DNA of 64,000 nucleotides from Chitinivibrionales bacterium. GTDB taxonomy: Bacteria > Fibrobacterota > Chitinivibrionia > Chitinivibrionales > WJKA01. The number at the start of each line of letters is the position of its first letter. Positions within the stretch are counted from its first letter, which is position 1. The notes under the pieces were generated by a model. The model saw only the letters and a program-made list of their open reading frames with translations. It did not search any database and was not told where the DNA came from. Of this stretch, positions 58,311-64,000 are shown piece by piece. The stretch spans positions 32,001-96,000 of the forward strand of contig JBBRUX010000004.1 of NCBI GenBank assembly GCA_038247415.1, written 5' to 3'. The position numbers and the translations under genes are program-made.

Positions 58311-59282
58311 ATGAATACGATTACCAGCCCGTTTACCTTAGGTATTGTTGGGTTCATGCTTGCAAGCGCAAACATCGCTTTTTGCCAAACAAGTATATCA
58401 AACGACATGAACGCTGCACAGACAACTAAAAGCGATAGCACTCAGAAAAACAGTGCAGATAGCATGCAAGTACTTCCAACAAGTCAAGATGCAATCCAAT
58501 CAGAAGAAACAGAACCGCCTCTTTTGACGCGCAGAACACTTTCAATCCAGACAAATAAAGATACCTTGCTCGTTTTAACCAATGCGTCATTTAAGGATAT
58601 TATTGATAAAGCAACCAATCGTGTTCGTGACTCCCGAACTCGCGGAATTGGCGGAGGTGCGGGATTTTCATCGGCTCTTGTGTGGCTGGATATGACCCCA
58701 GTCAACGAAATGCTCAAACAAACCGATCTCGACACAATGGGAATACTTTTTCCTAAAGGCTCTACACCCATTACTCTTTTTGGCGGAATGGGCTATGGGG
58801 GCCTGGGCAATGGCATTCGCGTTGGCGGAATAGGCTTTGGCGGTTCAAAATTATATACGACCCGTAAAAGCGATACCACCTATACCATTTCAACGGGAAT
58901 TGGATATGGCGGGCTTCTTATTGAGCGTGCCTTGGTAGTGCACCAATTCAATTTACTTTTAGGGGGGATCGTTGGTGCTGGGGGAATTGGAGTATCACTT
59001 AACAAGCAACAATCTCGTTATTCGTTTGGATCACAACCATCAGACATACAATACGGAATAGGTGCTGGTGGGGGTGCAGGCGCGGGCTTTTTCCTAGCCG
59101 AATTGCATTGTGGATTTACCTATTCTATTGTGTCATGGCTTCACATCGGCGGAGTAGGGGCGGCGCTTGGCATGTTTTCTTCCAATGGATTTATGAAAGC
59201 GGATGGCACAAGTTTTGGATCTGGATTTATTACTATTAACCCATCGGCCCAATTGCGCATAGTGCTTGGAAATATTAGTTAA
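58311..59282 (+). CDS. exported Gly-rich beta-barrel-like protein, paralog 3
   Basis: ATG 58311 with GAGGA RBS; RGIGGGAG, GGMGYGGLGNGIRVGGIG, YGGLLIERA, GGIVGAGG, ELH..FTY, INPSAQLRIVLG. Confidence 0.75.
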   Translation: MNTITSPFTLGIVGFMLASANIAFCQTSISNDMNAAQTTKSDSTQKNSADSMQVLPTSQDAIQSEETEPPLLTRRTLSIQTNKDTLLVLTNASFKDIIDKATNRVRDSRTRGIGGGAGFSSALVWLDMTPVNEMLKQTDLDTMGILFPKGSTPITLFGGMGYGGLGNGIRVGGIGFGGSKLYTTRKSDTTYTISTGIGYGGLLIERALVVHQFNLLLGGIVGAGGIGVSLNKQQSRYSFGSQPSDIQYGIGAGGGAGAGFFLAELHCGFTYSIVSWLHIGGVGAALGMFSSNGFMKADGTSFGSGFITINPSAQLRIVLGNIS

Positions 59283-59294
59283 TTTTATTTACCT

Positions 59295-59819
59295 ATGGTT
59301 AACCAGCTTAAAGATGGCGTTGTCGGTCTTGCGCTCTTCCTTTCTCAATGGCTTTCAGCCGGCGGACAGGTTCCGGCTATTACTTTGGCCCATATTCAAG
59401 CTTCAGAAAAAGGTATATATATTACTACGTCAATTTCAATTACCGTAAAAGAACAGCTCAATGATCTTCTCGATGCAGGCATTCCAATAAGGCTACGGAT
59501 GCAAGCATCCTCAGATGCCGGAGACACCCTAACGCTTCTGAGAACGCTCTCGTGCAATATTTCAGATTACACCTATACCATTATAGACTCCTCGGTCAAC
59601 ATGAAACCTGCATACCGGGCTGTCTCAAAACGATACACACAGGCACTGGTTGCATTCAAGGATTATGTCCGTTTCGAAGCAATGGTCTCCCCAACGTCGC
59701 GCACGATTCATTTCGAGGCAATGCTTCTTCCGAGTAAAGCTTCTCAACTCAACCGCAGCGTTGACATGTCATCGTTACTTGGCTTTCAGAAAATTAGCAA
59801 AACATTTACATTACGGTAA
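59295..59819 (+). CDS. DUF4390-like (NtrZ-like) extracytoplasmic protein
   Basis: Hydrophobic N-terminus; L.DLL.AGIPI.L...R.L.CN...Y.Y resembles DUF4390; sits directly before an NtrY/NtrX-like pair. Confidence 0.55.
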   Translation: MVNQLKDGVVGLALFLSQWLSAGGQVPAITLAHIQASEKGIYITTSISITVKEQLNDLLDAGIPIRLRMQASSDAGDTLTLLRTLSCNISDYTYTIIDSSVNMKPAYRAVSKRYTQALVAFKDYVRFEAMVSPTSRTIHFEAMLLPSKASQLNRSVDMSSLLGFQKISKTFTLR

Positions 59820-59822
59820 TAT

Positions 59823-61001
59823 ATGAAATTCTTACAACAACTCGAACTCGAACATAAAATCCTCTTTGTGGCGATTCTCTTATCTATTTCCTTTGTCTGG
59901 CCCGTACAAAACTTCTTTATCAATCGGATGTCTGCAACTCTTGGGCAAAGCATCGACCCCGGCCTTGAGCCACTTCTGAGAACCTCTCTGCTCACCTCTT
60001 CGCCCCACGATTCTATAGCCTATATTCATCGCATCGAGCGTGCGTTGCAATGGAAGGCCCTTATCCCCATTATTGTTAACGAATTAAGATCTGCTCTTAT
60101 TATTTTTTCTGTTCTTGCTTTTGTGATACTCTTTTTGGTTGCTTATTACGCCTTGCGCAGTCTTACAAGACCCATAAAAAATCTTGCTTCTGCAGTCACC
60201 CGCATTGGTAAAGGAGACTCTGCTCTTCTTACCAAAACATCAGGTGGATCGCTTGGGATTCTCGAAAGAACTGTTATTGACCTCGAATCTGAACTTATAC
60301 TGTTGCGAGAAAAAACGCGTATTGCGGGCATGGAAAGTGCCTGGCAAGATATTGCGTCTATCATGGCGCACGAAATTAAAAACCCCCTCACACCCATGCG
60401 CCTTACACTCGACAGACTCGAAGAAAAAGCACTGCACGGGGTTGGATTATCTGCCGATGAAGTTTCTAAATATGCTCAACGTATCAATACTCAAATCGAT
60501 GCTCTTGAGCGTTTAGTCAATCAATTTCGATCCTTTTCCAAAGAGCCAGAAGCACACTGTGTCTCATTTGATGCCAGTGCGCGCATTGCACATGCGCTAC
60601 AATCTCTCTCTGAAGCGTTGGTGATGACAACTACAGGAGCCGGGACAGCGTTTGCAGACCCTTATTTACTTGACCAGATAGTACTCAATATTGGCAAAAA
60701 TGCCTTAGAAGCAGGTGCCACACACCTGCATATTAAGTGCACGATGAATAATTCCCATATCACGATCACCTGCTCGGATAATGGTATAGGCATAGCGCAC
60801 TACGATCTCGATCGGGTTTGGCTTCCGTATGTATCCCTCAAAAAAGGTGGTACAGGCCTGGGATTGCCCGTTGTGCGCAAACTTGTTGAAACCATGAATG
60901 GAACTATTTCTCTTGTGTCAAGCATTAATAAAGAAGATCATGGTACGCAGGTACTCTTTACACTTCCAAGCACTTTAGCTTCCAAGGACCAACACCCATG
61001 A
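59823..61001 (+). CDS. NtrY-like sensor histidine kinase (2 TM, HAMP, HisKA, HATPase)
   Basis: LTRPI..L..A..RI..GD (HAMP); AW.DIA..MAHEIKNPLTPMRL; F..F; N..KNALEA; DNG.G; GTGLGL. Confidence 0.9.
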   Translation: MKFLQQLELEHKILFVAILLSISFVWPVQNFFINRMSATLGQSIDPGLEPLLRTSLLTSSPHDSIAYIHRIERALQWKALIPIIVNELRSALIIFSVLAFVILFLVAYYALRSLTRPIKNLASAVTRIGKGDSALLTKTSGGSLGILERTVIDLESELILLREKTRIAGMESAWQDIASIMAHEIKNPLTPMRLTLDRLEEKALHGVGLSADEVSKYAQRINTQIDALERLVNQFRSFSKEPEAHCVSFDASARIAHALQSLSEALVMTTTGAGTAFADPYLLDQIVLNIGKNALEAGATHLHIKCTMNNSHITITCSDNGIGIAHYDLDRVWLPYVSLKKGGTGLGLPVVRKLVETMNGTISLVSSINKEDHGTQVLFTLPSTLASKDQHP

Positions 61002-62365
61002 ATCCTTCACATATTCTCATCATTGATGATGAACCAGAAATACTTACGAGTCTTGCTGAAATTTTAGAAGATGAAGGCTACGAGGTACAAACCGCACCCT
61101 CGGCACAAAAAGGCCGCGAACTTATGTCCTCCGACATCACGCTGTGTATTCTTGATGTTAGACTTAAAGCAGACGATGGGTTACTACTCCTTGCCGATTT
61201 CAAAAGAGATTTTCCGTCAATTCCAGTTATAATGATCTCTGGCCATGGGACCGTTTCCCTTACTGCAGAAGCCTTTAGGCTAGGCGCTCACGATTTCATG
61301 GAAAAGCCCCTTCGACTCATTCCTGTCAAGGTAAGCGTACGCAATGCCCTCGAATCGGTAAGTCTTAAAAATCGCGTAGTTGCTCAAACTAAATCGAGCA
61401 ATCCTGTGCCCATCTATCAATCTGCTAGCATGAAAAAATTATATACTCAGGTGCATAGACTCGCACCGTTAAAAGACCCTGTGGTTATTTTAGGACCATC
61501 GGGAAGTGGCAAAGAACTTGTTGCTCGAGCACTTCACATAGAGTCTGCGCGATGCAGTGGCCCTTTTATAACCACCAATGCTGCTTCAATGCCCATATCG
61601 CTTGCCGAAGATGAATTGTTTGGACACGAAAAAGGCGCCTTTACAGGGGCTACAGGTCGACGCATCGGGTGCATCGAAAGTGCCGATGGCGGCACTCTAT
61701 TTTTTGACGAAATTGGTGATCTCGACCCACAGATTCAAGCCAAGCTCTTGCGTGTTCTTGAAAATGGAATTCTTACCAGAGTGGGAGGAACAACACCAAT
61801 CCGCGTTGCCACGCGTATTATTGCGGCAACCCACAAAAACCTCGAAGACCTTGCCCAAAAAGGAATTTTTCGCCACGATCTCTGGTTCAGACTTTCTGCC
61901 TTTGTTATTCGAGTTCCAGCTCTTTCTGAGCACGCAGAAGACATACCTCATCTTGCCAGTGCATTTTGTGCTGCATGTTGCGCAGACATGCATATAACGC
62001 GCACGCTCTCAGATGATGCAATCGAGGCACTTTGTTCTCTTACCTGGCCGGGAAACATCCGAGAACTCAAACATACAATTACCAGAGCAGTTGTGTATTC
62101 AGACGAAACCATAATCTCTGCCAAAACTATTGCGGAGACTCTGCACAAAGGAAGCACGATACCCCCGCGCGAGCCTTCCGAGCATACAAATCTTTTCGCC
62201 CTTGATTTCCGATCGGCACGGGACACTTTCGAACGCGACTACCTGCAAAACTCATTAGCAAAGCACAACAATAATATCACGGCTGCTGCTGCTGCCATTG
62301 GGATGGCGCAGAGTAATTTGAGCAGAAAGCTTAAGGAGCTTGGTTTACGCGATACGCCAGAATAA
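60998..62365 (+). CDS. sigma54-dependent response regulator (NtrX/NtrC family)
   Basis: REC (IIDDE, LDV, ISGHG, EKP); Walker [43 protein letters not shown]; Fis-type HTH; ATGA overlap with the kinase. Confidence 0.93.
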   Translation: MNPSHILIIDDEPEILTSLAEILEDEGYEVQTAPSAQKGRELMSSDITLCILDVRLKADDGLLLLADFKRDFPSIPVIMISGHGTVSLTAEAFRLGAHDFMEKPLRLIPVKVSVRNALESVSLKNRVVAQTKSSNPVPIYQSASMKKLYTQVHRLAPLKDPVVILGPSGSGKELVARALHIESARCSGPFITTNAASMPISLAEDELFGHEKGAFTGATGRRIGCIESADGGTLFFDEIGDLDPQIQAKLLRVLENGILTRVGGTTPIRVATRIIAATHKNLEDLAQKGIFRHDLWFRLSAFVIRVPALSEHAEDIPHLASAFCAACCADMHITRTLSDDAIEALCSLTWPGNIRELKHTITRAVVYSDETIISAKTIAETLHKGSTIPPREPSEHTNLFALDFRSARDTFERDYLQNSLAKHNNNITAAAAAIGMAQSNLSRKLKELGLRDTPE

Positions 62366-62373
62366 GAACGCGG

Positions 62374-63285
62374 CTATTTTTGAAATTCGATTTCTGTGAT
62401 TGCAGATTGTTCTAGCACTGCAGACTTAGGGCCTTTAACAACAAGCGGGCCATTCATCTTTTCGCCAAGAGCGCCTAAACGTGCAACTACGGCAGATACC
62501 GTTTGATCGGCAGTGGAAATGGTGGCAACAACCTTTACGCGAGGTGAAATGCTTCGAAAACCAGTAAATTCATTATTTGTATCTACTTTTTTGCGTTCGA
62601 CAAGTGCTGTATACCAGCGATAATCAACAACCGTATCATTAAGCTCAAACATACCACCTTTAACAGCTACCACTTTTTTTGAAATATGTCCAAGATACTC
62701 CTGGTCACTTCCCTGCCGTAAATATGGCCTGCTGATATTTATCGATACCAAAGTATTATCGGGTAAATTGGTACTTCCCGTTACCAAAATGCGATGCGGC
62801 GAAGGTTTTTTTGCAACAAGCGACACATCGTATTCAATTGCCTGTTGTTTTTGTAAAGTATCGATAGCTTTACTTGCCACCACCACAGGCGTGAGATCGA
62901 GATACCGTGTTCCTTTAAGAGAAAACTGCTGAAGTGAAAAATTTTGGATACCTGCAGGAGTAAATCGTGCAATTGCATAGGAAGAACCCTCTAAATTCAT
63001 ATCCTTCAGGAATATAAAAACAGTAAATTCGCCCCACATCACATTCTTATCACGCCAAATTGCTTCGCTTACTGCTCGAAGCGATTGCTCTGAAGGAATA
63101 GAATCGGTAGCCACAATAACCTGATTAAGCGCATTGAGGCCACCGGCAGTCGTCATTACCTCGCGATGAGCGATCTGATAGGCAAGCATAGTCTCTTGAG
63201 CACTGCTAGCGCTAGTGCTAATAATCATCACCCAAGCCCACAAAACAACTCTATTTCGAAGCATTTTAAAAAAATGCACAATCAC
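62374..63285 (-). CDS. hypothetical exported protein
   Basis: 303-aa ORF with signal-like N-terminus (ASSA-Q) and GAGGAGG RBS; VTGSTNLPD.T motif; no family recognised. Confidence 0.7.
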   Translation of the reverse strand: MIVHFFKMLRNRVVLWAWVMIISTSASSAQETMLAYQIAHREVMTTAGGLNALNQVIVATDSIPSEQSLRAVSEAIWRDKNVMWGEFTVFIFLKDMNLEGSSYAIARFTPAGIQNFSLQQFSLKGTRYLDLTPVVVASKAIDTLQKQQAIEYDVSLVAKKPSPHRILVTGSTNLPDNTLVSINISRPYLRQGSDQEYLGHISKKVVAVKGGMFELNDTVVDYRWYTALVERKKVDTNNEFTGFRSISPRVKVVATISTADQTVSAVVARLGALGEKMNGPLVVKGPKSAVLEQSAITEIEFQK

Positions 63286-63352
63286 GTAAGATCCTCCTCA
63301 AGATAGTCGATATCAAATAGTACTGTTTTTTCTGGAAAGTATCAATAAAGAA

Positions 63353-63386
63353 AAAGGGCGATACCTCATATGAGGTATCGCCCTTT
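63353..63386 (-). terminator. perfect 34-bp palindrome/terminator after the acyl-CoA dehydrogenase gene
   Basis: AAAGGGCGATACCTCAT|ATGAGGTATCGCCCTTT with A/T tails on both sides. Confidence 0.8.
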
Positions 63387-63412
63387 ATTTATAAACAAGG
63401 AGGTTTAAGCTA

Positions 63413-64000
63413 TCAGGTTGCAGCTTCTTTAATAAGCTGCAATGCAATTTCATTGCGTTGTATCTGATTGGTACCTTCATAGATCTGGGTAATTTTAGCA
63501 TCGCGCATGCGCTTTTCCATAGGATATTCGCGCATATAGCCATATCCGCCCATTACCTGAAGTGCATCTACGGTAACCTTCATCGCAACATCAGAGCAAA
63601 AGAGCTTGCTCATGGCTGATTCACGAGCAAACTTCTTTGCGCCAGCATCGATCATGCGCGCTGTAGCATACAAGAGTGCTCGAGCAGCTTCAATTTCGGT
63701 AGCCATATCAGCGAGCATGTGCTGAACAGCCTGGAATGACGAAATCGCTTCGCCAAATTGTACACGTTGACGCGAGTATGCAACCGCATCGTTAAGCGCT
63801 CCTGTAGCAATACCCAGCGCCTGTGAACCTACACCAGGGCGTGAATAGTTAAGTGTATTAATTGCTACAATCGAACCCATTCCCTCTTTTGACAAAAGGT
63901 TTTCCTTGGGGATTTTGCAGTCCTGAAAAACAAGTTCTGTGGTAGAAGAAGCTCTTATTCCCATTTTGTCCTCGTGTTTACCAAAAGAAAACCCAGGGGT
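63413..64000 (-). CDS. acyl-CoA dehydrogenase (5' part outside the window)
   Basis: Frame open to the window edge (TPGFSFGKHEDKMGIRAS); R.QFG..I..FQ.VQ.MLADM, Q..GGYGY..EYP.E...RDAKI.QIYEGTNQIQR. Confidence 0.95.
   Translation of the reverse strand, partial: TPGFSFGKHEDKMGIRASSTTELVFQDCKIPKENLLSKEGMGSIVAINTLNYSRPGVGSQALGIATGALNDAVAYSRQRVQFGEAISSFQAVQHMLADMATEIEAARALLYATARMIDAGAKKFARESAMSKLFCSDVAMKVTVDALQVMGGYGYMREYPMEKRMRDAKITQIYEGTNQIQRNEIALQLIKEAAT

Noticed and set aside
1..64000. CRISPR arrays, tRNA/rRNA genes, IS elements
   Set aside because: No regularly spaced DNA repeats, cloverleafs, rRNA-like tracts or transposase ORFs seen by eye; intergenic spaces are short. A tRNAscan/Infernal run would be needed to exclude small RNAs fully.

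Overview
Gene-dense bacterial chromosomal segment with no rRNA, tRNA, CRISPR array or intact mobile element that I can support. A TIGR02147-family gene and a giant fibro-slime protein with an FlgD-Ig/T9SS-like C-terminus point to Fibrobacterota, probably a Chitinivibrionia/Chitinispirillia-like organism (inference). Contents in order: end of a sulfate-assimilation operon (HPr-like, YdeN hydrolase, DUF2061, cysH, cysD); a ~200-nt highly paired intergenic element; GH42 beta-galactosidase with a divergent AraC regulator; LbtU-like porin; hybrid kinase; mntP; a FapA/DUF342 gene broken by one in-frame TGA; priA; galT; an exported FGE-sulfatase-domain protein; adk; a 2880-aa repetitive fibro-slime surface protein; rlmB; a glycogen-synthase-like gene; nnr; a diguanylate cyclase; a GT9-like gene; a coupled operon (L,D-transpeptidase, 849-aa coiled coil, rel); rmlC/rmlA; xerC; TIGR02147 plus a lipoprotein; trxA and other housekeeping genes; an AlbA_2-family relic; a sigma54 promoter ahead of three paralogous Gly-rich beta-barrel genes and a DUF4390/NtrY/NtrX-like module; and a partial acyl-CoA dehydrogenase. 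The best candidates for undescribed biology are the 31-residue-periodic coiled coil coupled to a peptidoglycan enzyme and Rel, the sigma54 barrel-triad module, the unassigned structured RNA, an HPr lacking His15 at the head of the cys operon, and dense D-[S/T]-[hydrophobic] motifs in exported proteins. All family calls come from motif recognition by eye; no database search was run.
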